NCBI GenBank assembly: GCA_951406725.2
Contig: OX597815.1
Coordinates: 33,480,001-33,544,000, forward strand
Direction: 5' to 3'
Length of the DNA stretch: 64,000 bases
Source of the DNA: Octopus vulgaris
Lineage: Eukaryota
A program made the translations under genes and the position numbers. Positions 1-12,100 of the stretch are shown one piece after another. The stretch's first letter is position 1, and each line of letters starts with the position of its first letter. The notes below the pieces were generated by a model. It worked only from the letters and a program-made list of their open reading frames with translations, was not told the origin of the DNA and did no database searches.

Positions 1-72
1 GCTGCCTTTTCCCGGAACTTTGTCTGCTTTCATCATCTTGAAGGCTCTTTACATTTTCCTTGACCAGAATAG
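1..72 (-). mobile_element. RTE LINE ORF2 fragment (pre-RT region), inverted relative to adjacent fragment
   Basis: Minus strand reads ILVKE / RAFKMMKADKVPGKGS, matching the non-LTR 'A.K.MK.GKAPG.D' motif; cut by window edge. Confidence 0.55.
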
Positions 73-104
73 GCCTTAAAATGAATTGAATGAAAACAAT
101 GCAC

Positions 105-722
105 ATGGTCTGAAAATATAGCTCAAGGCTAAATAGAGGTGGGAAGCAATGAAATTGAAAAGGTAAAGGCATATGTCTACTTAGAGTACACAATGAATAT
201 GTGCCAAAAAATGGATGCTGAAATCTTGAAGAGAATAAGGACAGGGTGAAAGGCATTCACCACAATAAAGGATGTGATCAGAGCAAAGCTGGACAAGGTC
301 ATATGTGCCAGACTATTCAATGGCATCATCCGATCTATGTGGACTCTTGCAAGGAAGGAAGAACATTGATTGGCTACAAAGCAAAGGGCTATGGAAAGAT
401 CTATACTAGGAATATGATTGTGAGAACATATGTGAAATGAAAAAAACTGGACAGAGTGGAATGAATGATGTGATCACAAAATACTTAAAGCACAAGTTCT
501 GCTGGACCAGACATGTCACAAGGTTCACTGGCAATAAGTGAACGTGTGCAGTTGCCAAGTGGTATCTAAGAGATTGGAAAAGGCCACTATGATAACGGGA
601 AACCAATTTAGTTTAACGATTTGGGCCAAGGTATAAAACAATGGTGCAGTCATGAAAGAATGGGAAGTGCATTGTGACCAGTGAATGTGTAATGATGTCT
701 GATAGTCTGGTCAATACAGTGA
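105..722 (+). mobile_element. Degenerate RTE-clade LINE 3' part (RT C-terminus)
   Basis: Translation through stops: EIEKVKAYVYLE...DAEILKRIRTG*KAFTTIK...LFNGII...KFCWTRHVTRFTGNK*T..KWYLRDWKRPL, typical of the RTE C-terminus (YVYLG, RRI..GW.AF, WAGHVAR, W.P..KRP). No PHD seen, so probably a different family from 21342-24090. Confidence 0.8.
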
Positions 723-1104
723 TATGTGCGTGCATGTATGTGTGTGTGTATATATATCACACACACATAAATATACAATATATACATATATCTGTGCATG
801 ATATGTATATTTATATATATATATTTATACTTATCTATCTGTTTATATGGATATGTGTATGTGTATATATATTGCATACATAGACATATATAAATATACA
901 TATACAATACATCTGTGCATTATATGGATATATGTATATGTATACACACACACTCATGTCCATTTTACATTCTACTTTTCCATACTTGGCATTTTTCAGC
1001 ATAAATTTGTTTAGGTAGGTTGCACTTTCTGTCAAATATTTATCTGTTTTGTCATAGCTGCACATGTTTCATGTGCATGCATACACACACACACATATAT
1101 GCAG

Positions 1105-1264
1105 GGCCTTTTTGGTTTCCTTAAACCAGATCCACTTACAAGGCTCTTCTTCTGTGGATCAGGTTTGTAGTTAAAGACACTAGCCCCAAATGTCATGCAG
1201 TGTGACTGAATATGAAACCAAGTGGTTGGGAAGTGAACTTCTGAAATCACACAGCCATGCCTGA
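1105..1264 (-). mobile_element. tRNA-derived CORE-type SINE 5' head, degraded
   Basis: Aligns by eye with the head of the SINE at 19422-19800 (ggtttcc...agatccacttacaaggct...cacagccatgcctg). Confidence 0.7.
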
Positions 1265-1278
1265 TTCTATATCATTAT

Positions 1279-1812
1279 TGGCTGTGTGGTTAAGAAGCTT
1301 GCTTCCCAACCATGTAGTTCTGGATTGAGTTCCACAGTAAAACACCTTGGGCAAGTATCTTCCACTTTAACAATGAGCCAACAAAAGCCTTGTGAATGGA
1401 TTTGGAAGATGGAAACTAATAAAAGCCCATTGTGGGTATTTGTGTGTGTGTGGTTGAGAAGGTTGACCATAGAAAATCTGCTTCAATATGCTATGTGACT
1501 CCTGCAAATATGCAAAAGTGGGCATAAATGATGAGGATGATGATAATGTATGTGTGTCTATGTATTTATACACACACATAGATATGTGTGTGTGTCTCCA
1601 CTTGTCTTGGTATCATGTGATACTGTAAACATGGATCATCCTTATACAAATGGTGTCATTTGTTTTCAGTCACTTGTGAGAAACATCTTGCCAGGGGGAA
1701 ATATTATCTTGGAAACAGGTGAGTGTTGGTGACAGGAAGGACATCAACTTCATTGAACTCCATTCAGAGCTATGCAACCATAGTAAAATAGACAATAAAC
1801 AATGAGGAGGAG
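1279..1812 (+). mobile_element. tRNA/CORE-type SINE (head 1279-1430, body plus RTE-like tail about 1590-1812)
   Basis: ggctgtgtggttaagaagcttgcttcccaacc...ccttgggcaagtatcttc...gccttgtgaatggatttgg...ggaaact head; body cttgtcttgg...ggaaacaggtgagtgttggtgacaggaagg. Confidence 0.7.
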
Positions 1813-1814
1813 GA

Positions 1815-2250
1815 TTTTCAAAACTTGCATGGGTCAGATGAAATTTGATGAGACAGATTTTTCTAAGGCAGGATGCCCTTTCTGTTATTAACCCTCATCT
1901 GTTTCCAAGCAGGTAATATTTCCTCAAGGCCAGACATGTTTTCAAAGATTGGAAATAAAGGATACTGCTTGACAATAATACTCATATATAACTGTTGCTT
2001 GCTGTCAAGGCAAGGAAACACAAGCAACCAAGCACACATTCATCTATACATGTGTGTGTGTATGCACACACACGCACGCACGCACAAATACAGCAGGCGT
2101 CTTGAAAATTCTTTATCAATAAATCAACTTCAGAGGTTTGGGTGAGCCAGTGGTTATTATAGAAGACATTTGTCCAAGGTGCCATGCAGTTGGACTGAAG
2201 GTGAAGCCCCATAGCTGGAAAGTGAACTTTTTCAGTTCATGGACATGCCT
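1815..2250 (-). mobile_element. tRNA/CORE-type SINE with RTE-like tail, degraded
   Basis: Reverse-complement match to the same head and body (tatagaagacatttgtccaaggtgccatgcag; tttccaagcaggtaatattt). Confidence 0.65.
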
Positions 2251-2326
2251 GTCCATGCACCATATATCTATCTATGTGTGTATGTGTATATGTGAATGTA
2301 TATATTTGTATGTATACATAAACCAA

Positions 2327-3420
2327 TTATGAAGGCAGGAAAAGCTCCTGGACCATCAAACACTAATACCAAAATGCTTATTGTACAGCCTAGCTTCCTG
2401 CATAGTCACTCAGTTCTACAGGCAGGTGTCATAATCAATTGTTACAAATGTAAAGATGTCTTAGTGAGAGATAATATCAGAGGTATCTGATAATTACTGG
2501 ACCAGGTTGTACAAGTTACTGAAGGAGGGATAAATTATTTAGATAAAGACTAGAGGAAGTGCCTTTCAGTTTTTTGTCAGGGAAAGTTGCTACAGATGCC
2601 CTGTCCTTAAGTAGGAAAATAAACAGGATCTTGCTTACATCAGGGAAATGACCTTGCTTCATATGTAGAAAAGGGGTAGGTAAAAATCTCCTATGGTATA
2701 TCCAATGCAAATTGTGGACTCATAAGTGGCGCAATGGTGTCACTAGCTGGTTAATGGAAAAAACAGACTTTGTATGTGACAGATGCGCTGAAGCAATAAC
2801 CATTCAGAAGAGTACACATGTAACAAATTTTTTCAAATGCTCAGATGGATCCCTAAAAGTAGTAGATACCTTCTGTTACTTAGGTGACCTAATTAGCAGT
2901 GAAAGAAGTTGTTCTGAAAGTATAGATGCTAGAATAAGAAAATACTGGAAAAAGTGCAGAGAGCTATTACCACTATTGGTAACAGAAAGTATTTTTTTCT
3001 GAGAATTGTATGATAATTTTGTATAAACAGCAGTTACATGGTAGTGAACATGGACCATGAATGCAAGGATTAGAATGTAATGAAACTAGCATGTTCTGAT
3101 GAACCTGTTAAGTCAGTGTGCATGAATAACAAAGTGCAGATATGTTGAGAAAATCTTTGAGCATAAGAAGAGTGACATGTAGAGTGCAAGAAAGAAGTCT
3201 GCTGGTATGATGATGTTTATAGATGAGAACAGTTGCATAAAGAAGTGTTAATTATCACTTAAGGTGGATGGAACTTATGGAAGACAGAGACCCTGATAAA
3301 CATAGGATGAAATGGCGAAGGCTGATCTCAGGATCTTGAATCTCTTGGAGATGACAAAAGACTAGCGTGACTGGTGATGTCTACTTCTCTAGGAGACTTG
3401 CCCAATTGGCAAGACTAAGT
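2327..3420 (+). mobile_element. Old RTE LINE copy (PHD-bearing family) with large internal deletion
   Basis: MKAGKAPGPS, IINCYKCKD..RDNIRGI, CFICRKGVGKN..CKLWTHK..FVCDRC, VVDTFCYLGD, CRELLPLLVT: colinear with the young copies at 21342-24090 and 51022-52624, with many stops and frameshifts. Confidence 0.85.
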
Positions 3421-3429
3421 CCTGGAAAT

Positions 3430-5170
3430 ACTGTATGGTCATATTTATGCACAGCTGGGCCTCTTGCCCAATTTCCTCTTTCAGACACCATCACCCATCA
3501 CCTCTGTAGCATTTCATTAGATATCCATCTTTCATCCTTATACTGTCCTCTCCACCCACATTTCACATTTATTATCCTCTGAGCAACCATATCATCTCCT
3601 TTCCACCACCATATATCTCTCACTCTCCTCACACTGTACCTGCCTCTCTTCCCCACCACTCTGGCATCCTACCCAACCACATGTCATCTCTCTCTTTCAC
3701 TCATCTTTTCCTGTCTACTGTATCAACATTACTGCTCTTCACCCCACCTCCTTTGCATCCATTGGAGCTTATCCACCATTTACTACATCTATTCCTCAAC
3801 ACTTCTTTTTCGTTATATTCACATCCCCTTACTGATTCCCATCTCTCACCCTCACATATAAGCTTACAACCTTTAACTGCCCACACTTCTACTCACCTTA
3901 TACCTTGAGGGTCTACTCAGATACCTCATCACCACTATTTTTATCTTTTCTCAACTCTATCCTGATTCACCCCCACTCCTTCTAAAGTGTGAATATCCAT
4001 GCAGTTCGTCTATTGCAAGAAATGGTCTGTTCTGGCCCCTTCCCTCTTATAGTAATCCCTCATTTCCTAGCATAGAGTTGCCTCTCTTGGGATTTGTAGT
4101 CTTGCACGCTGCGCAGTGACTTCAATAGTGATGTTAGCATGAAAAATGCACCAAGGACATGTTGTGAAGTGATTTGCATTAGGGAAAGCATCCAGCCATT
4201 GAATCTATGCCAAAGTAGACAATGGAGCATGATGCTGGATCTTGTCAAGCCATCCAACCTATGCCAGCATAGAATTTGGACTTTTAATTGTGATGATATA
4301 TTTGTATGTAAATAAGTGTGTGTGTGTGTGTGTGTGTGTATAAATATATGTGTGTATACACACACGCACACATGTATATCATCATCATCATACGTTTATC
4401 TTCCATGCTGACATGGGTTGGACTGATGAACATGATATCTCAATGTACAGGAAAATTGATATGTGAGAATAGGGATAGAGGTTTGGGAAAGATGGGTGTT
4501 TTAAGTTTGTGAGAGTGTGAAAGGAGAATGACAGATGGTTAGAGATGGAGATAAAAGTGATTACAGTGAATGGTGACCAAGGTTGAAGGAGGGTCAATAT
4601 GAATATCAGTTTGTGGGAGAAGGTGAAGAAAATGAGTGTGTGTCAGGATGGAAGAGGTGATAAGTGGTAGTACAAAAAGGGAAGAGATGGTGGAGAGCTG
4701 CTGTATAATAAATCCATAGACTGATGGGGAGATTGCATGAAGAGTTGGAGAGAGAGAGGGATCCACACTGGCAGATTAGGTCAGAGGTATGTAGGGTGGA
4801 TATAGTGAGTGATGAACAAAGGTGGTAGAAAAGGGTATCGTTGGCAGATATCAGAAGGTATTCAAAATGATAGCTGATATGAGAGGGTGTTAAGGATGAG
4901 GTATGGCAGTCATTTGATATAGCTTGGAGAAGGTTTGTTTAGCAGAAAATAAAATGGAAAGGGATGGTATTGAGAATACAGACTGAGTGACAAAGTGAAG
5001 TGGTTCCAAAAAGAGAGGACAGATAACACAAAGGAGATGAGATATGTGCATTAGTGCTCTCATGTAATTACAGCAGCTGAGTTACTAGTGTTGTAGTTAG
5101 AAGAGCGATGGTGGACTGGATATTAAAGAGAGGAGTTGTGGAAAAGGTTTGACAGAGACAGAGTGGGTGT
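3430..5170. repeat. Low-complexity pyrimidine-rich (3430-4000) and purine-rich (4450-5170) tracts with RTE-tail fragments between
   Basis: Strong C/T skew then G/A skew; RTE-tail remnant at about 4140-4300 (gcattagggaaagcatccagc...ccaacctatgccagcat). Confidence 0.6.
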
Positions 5171-5224
5171 AGTAGTATAGACATTAGGATATACTTTTAG
5201 GACATCATTTTTACAAGATGTACA

Positions 5225-5700
5225 GGTTTTCTTGATCATAGCGTTTCACTAATCATTTTGGTCTTTGGTCATCACCTCTGTAAAGCTCAACATTATGAGG
5301 TTATCCTCATTATTTTATCCCATGTCTTCCTGGGTCTCTCAGTTCTATAGGTTTCATCTGTAATTGGCACTTCTTTATGCAGTTTCTCTTGTCCACTATC
5401 TTCACATTTGTTTATGCCCGATTTTTCTCTCATGTCTGCATTTATGGCCCATGTTTCACTATCATGTAAGCATTGGTATTTGTACATAAGCATCATACAG
5501 TCTACCTTTCACTTTGACATAAAGGCTTTTTGTTACCAGCAGAGGCAATATCTCTGTGAACTTTATACAGCTGGTTCTTATTCTAGCAACTATACTTTCA
5601 GAATATCTCTACTACTAATTAAGTCGCCAAGGTAACAAAAGCTATTTATTATCTCTAGGAATCCTCAGATCACTTGAGAAAATCTATTTCCCCCAATGTT
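5225..5700 (-). mobile_element. Old RTE LINE 3' fragment
   Basis: Minus strand LHDSETWAINADMR...RPRKTWDKIM and FCYLGDLISS motifs, homologous to the young RTE C-terminus. Confidence 0.8.
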
Positions 5701-6342
5701 CCCAGCTTTATTACAAAGTTCTTACAATTTTTAGTCAGTAGTAATCACATATAGCACTGTTTCATTCTTTTTAGAAGTCGTCAGCATTGTGACATTATTT
5801 TACAAAGTGAGATGTTTCATTAAAGATGAAAACAATTACAATCTGAAGGAAATCCATGGAATGTGTTTCTTATTTTTTTCTTTTCTTCATAGAATGTTAG
5901 TTGTTTAAGAATAACTGTTTTCAAGAGAATTCTACCTTGTGAAAATGTCTTATGGCAACCAGTAATTTCATGTGCTACAAACAACTCTGCAAACCATTTT
6001 TCGATATGTTCTTTGAGGTGTAGACAATTGATTCAAGCTGTTGTTTCTTAGTGCTCCTTCGTTTATGAAGTCAAACCGGCATTTATTCATTAACACATGT
6101 GCTTTAACTGTCATTAACAGTTTAAAATAGATTCTTGTGAAATCACAGCTGGAATTTTTCAAGTATATGTGGTTTTCCTAGTGATGGTAGCTATTACAAG
6201 GGAGATAATCATTTCTTCATAATGTAGGATTAGAAATTTGAATTAGAAATTAAGGAATTACAAAGTTAAAGATGCACAGAATTCACATATTTTTCTTTGT
6301 TGTGTCTTTCAATTCATGCCTATACATTTGTATATGAATATG

Positions 6343-7555
6343 CACACACATGTGACAGAAGTAACTGGACACCCTTATAATCATTAAAATTTATTTAAAT
6401 CTGAAATTATACATTCAAATTATTTATTAATTGTTATAATGTGAATATTTAATATTTAGTAGACATACCTTTTGCATTTTTCAATGCAAGGATTCTATTA
6501 GGCATGTTACCCATCAGATGACGAATATTCTCTTGTGGAATTTCTTGCCAAGTTTCGTACAGTAATCTCAAGATTTGGCTTTTTAAGATGCTTTCTTGTT
6601 CTTTTTATGAAGTGTCCTGTCCATTATATCCCAGAGGTGTTCAGTAGGTTTCATATCTGGTGACTGGCTTGGCCATGGAAGCTTTTTAATGCTCTTCTCA
6701 TCCAACAAATCTTGGGTCATTTTAGCCATATGACAAAGAGCCTTACCTTCCATAAATGAAGAGTCTTCTTTAATCTTTTCAGCACTGGAGAAGATCGGAA
6801 GGAGTCCTTTCTGCTGTATGGACAATTATTTATGAGTTTATGTTTCCCTCACATTCCATCAACTCTGATCAGCCATTTCTCCAAATTGCTCCCTAGACCA
6901 TCACAGAATAAATAGCTGCCGTCTTCACATCAAATATTTGATCACAGAGTCACCAGACCCATACTCAACCACTGTCAGGAAATATAGCAGATCTGGATTC
7001 ATCAGAGAATATGACAGTGTCCCAAAATGCTAGTAGCCTCTCCATCATCTCACTGGCCCAAGCTTTTCTCCGTTTGATGTTGGCTAGTTGAAGATGTGGC
7101 TTCCTTCTTGCTGCTCTGCTATAGTAACCAAGTTTGTGGAGATACCTGACAGCTGTTCTGGGACTGACATCACTTGTTCTGCTATGTCAGAAGACTTGCA
7201 ATGAGGATTATCCTCTGCACTTCTCTTAACAAAGAGAAGGGTCCTGCCAGATCTGGATGCGGTGATGTGGACTCCTTCCCCTCACTGGTGAATTGCACAA
7301 TCACTCTATTAACTGTAGAAAGTGGGATCCCAAGGTCTTCTGCAATTTTATGCTGACTATATCCACCTTCAGAATGACCAGCAATATGGCCTCTTTGAAA
7401 TTCAGACAGTTCCTTTTGTTCATGGCATGGTTAAACAGTCGTGTATAGAACCTGAAACATAAAAATGTCAATTAATAAAAAAAATATAAACCTTTACAAA
7501 TTAGAATAAACATAAAGCGATGTTTTATGGAGTGTTTACTTCTGCCATGTCTGTG
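6343..7555 (-). mobile_element. Tc1-like DNA transposon fossil
   Basis: Imperfect TIRs (cacacacatgtgacagaagtaa vs reverse complement cacagacatggcagaagtaa), TA on the right side; ~1.2 kb; broken transposase inside. Confidence 0.85.
6450..7428 (-). pseudogene. Tc1 DDE transposase pseudogene
   Basis: [35 protein letters not shown] (HTH), WDTVIFSDESR (first D), LPWPSQSPDMKPTEHLWD (WP..SPDLNPIE.LW motif); stops and frameshifts. Confidence 0.88.
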
Positions 7556-8867
7556 TATACATGCATACATATTTATACATATATGTGTATATATAATTTA
7601 CATATATAGTTATGTATATGTATATCCATGCCAACAGTCAAACAAATTTCAATTCAGCACCATCAAATCTGGTAACTCTCATGGAAAGGCTGTCACTACT
7701 ATAGTGTTAGTCCTCCTCTAATCTGCAACAACACTCCGTTCTGCCATGTGGAGTAGCAAATGCAATGAATTGATGCCACTAAATAAACCATACCACAGTC
7801 TCCAGACATAGGGTCAACAACTGCCTGCCAACATCCTGACACTGGAGCTCGACACCCCTGTGGCTTGCTGGATCCTGTAAAACCATTGAGCCTATGCAAG
7901 CATGGAAAACAGATGTTAAATGCTGCTGCTGATTATATATATATATATATATATATCCATCATGTATATGTGTGTGTGATGCTGCTTAAGTGGGGAGTAG
8001 TTGTATGCTGGCAACCTTTACTTGCCTTTTTGACTCATGACACCATACTCTTTCTGGCATGTTATCTTCCATATACACTCCTCCTCTTCCTCTCCCCCCT
8101 CATCATCATCATCATAACTATTTTTTCTCTGCACCACTTTACCCACCCATGCATATAGTGTGGGATAGCGCTACACCCCCTCCTGCATAAGTTTTCCCAC
8201 TGTCTTATAACTCACTCTCATTTATTAACCCCTTGACGCTACTCTTTGCTTCCCTTCTCTTAACCTCTTCCCTAACAGTGTCATTTGTCTCTTTTGTTTC
8301 TTAATAATAAACCTATGTAATTCCAATAAGAACTGTCTTGGACCCTTGCAAACTTCAACCAATATTAACGTGGCAAGTAATCTGATGCAATCCATCACTG
8401 GGTCTTCCTACTGAACCCATTCCATTACCCTGTTGTTCTCTCCCCACACTTCTTCACACTAACCCCTGACATTACCCTTTCCTTCCTCTCTCCTCTGCAC
8501 TCCATTTCAGCACTATTCCTTTGGTTATTCTCTCCATTACCATTCTCTTACAATAAATCTGTTATTTTCCATCCAAGCTGCAAGGTGACTCCCCAGTGCT
8601 TATGTCACAAAAAGCACCCCGTACACTCTATTCAGTAATTGATCCAAACTGCAACAATGCAGGACTCATTAGTTATGCTGAAAACATGACAACCTCTATA
8701 GTGCTGGTGCTATGAAAAATGTACCCAATACCCTCTGTAAAGTTGTTGGTGTTAGGAAAGTAAAACAAAAACAGACATTGGATGAGAGCCCATTGAATCC
8801 TGTCAAACTGTTTACCATGGTGGCTTTGAAAGTGGACATAAACTGATGATATATATATATATATATA

Positions 8868-9305
8868 TCATCATCATCATCTTTAGTGCTTTAATGTTCA
8901 CTTTTTCATGCTTGCAAGGGTTGGAGAGATTATGTTGAGGTAAATTTTCTCATGTCATCAACTCACCTGCTCCCAAACAAGGTAATTTTCCCCCCTGGCT
9001 AGACATATTTTTACAAAATATTAGAAATGAATGACACTGCTTGTATGACATTCGTTTACAACTATTATATAATGTCAAGACAAAGAGACACAAACATGCA
9101 CTCACATAGATACAGACATGCATATATACACACACACACACAACAAGCTTTTTTTCCAGTTTCTGTCTACTAAATCCACTCACTAGGCTTAGTTTGGCCC
9201 AGGGTTATAGTAGAAGACACTTGCCCAAGGTACCATGCAGTTAGACTGGACCTGAAACAATGTGGTTGGGAAGCAAATTTCTCAACCACAGCCACACCTA
9301 CACCT
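8868..9305 (-). mobile_element. Full-length tRNA/CORE-type SINE with RTE-type (GAT)n tail
   Basis: Head ggtgtaggtgtggctgtggttgagaaatttgcttcccaacc...ccttgggcaagtgtcttctactata; internal (GT)n; tail ccaacccttgcaagcatgaaaaagtgaacattaaa..gatgatgat, matching the 3' end of the RTE at 51022. Confidence 0.8.
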
Positions 9306-9315
9306 GATGTTTGTG

Positions 9316-9364
<49 letters not shown>

Positions 9365-9527
9365 CACACACACTCATACTATGCATTGAGCAAGAAATCA
9401 ACAAAATTGCTCCCCTCCCTTATTGGTCTGCTGTAATTATATTGCTCTCTGTTCCTCCTGTGTGTGTGTGTGTGTGTGTCTGTAGAAACAGATTGAAGTT
9501 GTAGTTAGTCTTTTTTATCTGATGTAC

Positions 9528-9581
<54 letters not shown>

Positions 9582-9594
9582 TACATATATATAG

Positions 9595-9883
9595 ATATAG
9601 CGTGTGTGCGTGCGCGCGCGCTTTCAGCACGTAGTGTGTGTAATAAGGCTGCTGATTATAAGCCTGACTCATCCTTTAATGTGCTCACACACATATGCAC
9701 GCACATAAAAATAATATAATAATAAAACAGTTTCTCTTTATCTTACGATGGAATTAGTTATTTGAGGTGTTGTAAAAACGAATTTATTTTAAAGAAAAGG
9801 GGAGATGCTAATGCCAGTGACAATATTTTGTGACAACAGATACGTTACTACACGAAACAATGCGATATCGTGCGTGAGTGGTT

Positions 9884-9926
<43 letters not shown>

Positions 9927-12100
9927 GACACATGACGTAATGAAAAACAATAAAAAGTGCATGGTGGAACCCACCAAGCTCTTGCTTTTATCATCCTTGG
10001 CATAAACACGGTGAAATTGTCTATATCATTCGCCTTCTAGAAGACACACGCTTAAAATCTACAGTGGTATTGGCACGTCTGGATTCTTCTTACTGGAAAT
10101 TTCGACATTATGTAGTCCAGGCCTGCTGCTGCTGTTGTCTTTGCTAGACTTGTCTTCTGTAGCTTCTGCATCCGGGATTTCTTTCATTATTTGTATGTGT
10201 GTGCTTATATATATATATATATATATATCTATCTATATATATATATATAATATATACGTATGTCTGTATGTATGCATGTGTGCACATAATATATCCATAG
10301 ATACACGCGCACACACATTGGCTGGCATATTGGTTTCTACACGTACAAAAGCATTTTCCATATTTGCAAACTGAAACAGAATCTCTATAATATTATAAAG
10401 CATAAATTTATTTGTACATTTCCATCTCTCATCACTATATATACACATATACACACACACGTGTATATATGTGTGTGTCTATACGCGCACGCACACATAC
10501 ACAATAATGCCTAGGTTTTTTTGTTCACTGTTGTTAGTTGTTCAATCAATAATGTATGTTGTGTATGTTTGCAATACCAGAACCGATAGTGGTTGTAAAT
10601 AACTAGTGTGTGTGTCTGTGTTAGTGCATGCGTGTATGTACAAACAAGCTTTATGTAAGACAAAGAAAAGTAGTAGTGTATGAGGGATGGAGCTAGCTTC
10701 ACTGCATAAGATTTTTAAATGAACAAATATGAATGAAGATATATGTGTCTACTTCTCTCTCTCCCTCTCTCTCTCTAAATACAGCAAAACTATCTCTTGT
10801 CAGTCTGCCTTTCTACTTCTTTCTTTCTATCTCTCTCATTCATTCATTCCTAACTCTTAACTATGTGTGAAGGGGTACGGGACGACATCGATGTTTGTCG
10901 CTTGCGCATCTTGATAGGTATTTCTGTTCCAGACATATTTTAATAATCTAATGATGCAAATAGGAGGAAGGGGAAGTAGTAATAGTAGTAGTAATAGCAG
11001 CAGCAGTAGTAGTAGTAGTATTTCTGACTTTGGCGATAGGCCCAGATAGTCGATTGCATTGACCCAGTATGACTTACATGTGAGATTTGAACTTGGAATG
11101 TAACTGAATACTGCAAAGCATTTTTACGAAGTACACAACTCTTTCTGCCTCTCATCCACCCCAATGATAATAATAATAATAATAATGATAATTTCTGCAT
11201 AGGCACAAAAGCCATAAATTTGGGAAGTGAAGATGTAATCGATTAAATCAACTTCAATACTTAAGTGGCATTTTTTTTATTGACTCCACCCCCCAGAATT
11301 GGCCCCAGTAGGGTTTGAACAGAGAATGTAAAGAGATACTAATAGATGCAGAATATAGAATAAAGATAAATACTGTAAAGCATTTAGTCAACTGACAGCT
11401 TTAATAATAATAATAATGATGATGATATCAATTTTTGGCACAAGGCCAGCAATTTCGAGGAAGTAGGTAAATTGATTACATCAATCCCAGTACTCAAATG
11501 CTTCTTGTTTTATATACCCAAAAGGATGAAAGGTAATGTTGACCTCGGTGGTGTTTGAACTCAGAACATGAAGATGGTTGAAATATTGCTAATCATTTTG
11601 CCCAATGTGCTAACGATTCTGCCAGCTGCCACCTAATAATAATAATAATAATAATCTTTTCTACTATAAGCACAAGGCCTGAAATTTGAGGGGAAGGGGC
11701 TAGTTGATTACATTGCCACCAGTGTTCAACTAGTACTCATTTAATTGACCTGAAAGGATGTAAGGCAAACTCGACCTCGGTGGCGTTTGAACTCAGAATG
11801 TAAAGATGGACAAAATGCTGCTAATCATTTTGCCCAGTGTGCTAACGATTCTGCCAGCTGCTACATAATAATAATAATAATCCTTTCTTCCTAAGACACA
11901 AGGCCAGAAATTTGGTGGGATGGGACTAGTCGATTATATTGACCCCCCACCCCAGTATTTCACTGTTACTTAATTTATCTACCCCAGAAGGCTGAAAGGC
12001 AAAGTGGACCTTGGTGGAATCTGAACACAGAACGCAAAGACAGACGAAATGCCACTAAGCTTTTTGGCCGGCATGCTTATGATTCTGCCAGCTGCTGCCT
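9595..12100. promoter_or_regulatory. CpG-retaining (putatively unmethylated) promoter-like domain
   Basis: CpG is frequent in unique sequence here (tgcgcgcgcgc, tgcgatatcgtgcg, tacgggacgacatcgatgtttgtcgcttgcgc) and nearly absent in both flanks; CRE-like TGACGTAA at about 9933; CT tract 10750-10860; possible first-exon donor ag|gtattt at 10917. Confidence 0.45.

Noticed and set aside
650-1065. YIYI/CVCV/THTH-rich ORFs here and throughout (9.5 kb, 12.8 kb, 20.8 kb, 26.3 kb, 58.6 kb)
   Set aside because: Translations of (TA)n/(CA)n microsatellites, which lack stop codons; not genes.
5800-6165. Protein-looking frames (HLKEHIEKWFAELFVAHEITGC... on minus; NVSCLRITVFKRILPCEN... after a plus acceptor at 5892)
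   Set aside because: The minus frame is closed by an upstream stop with no usable acceptor; neither frame has recognisable homology or a paired donor.
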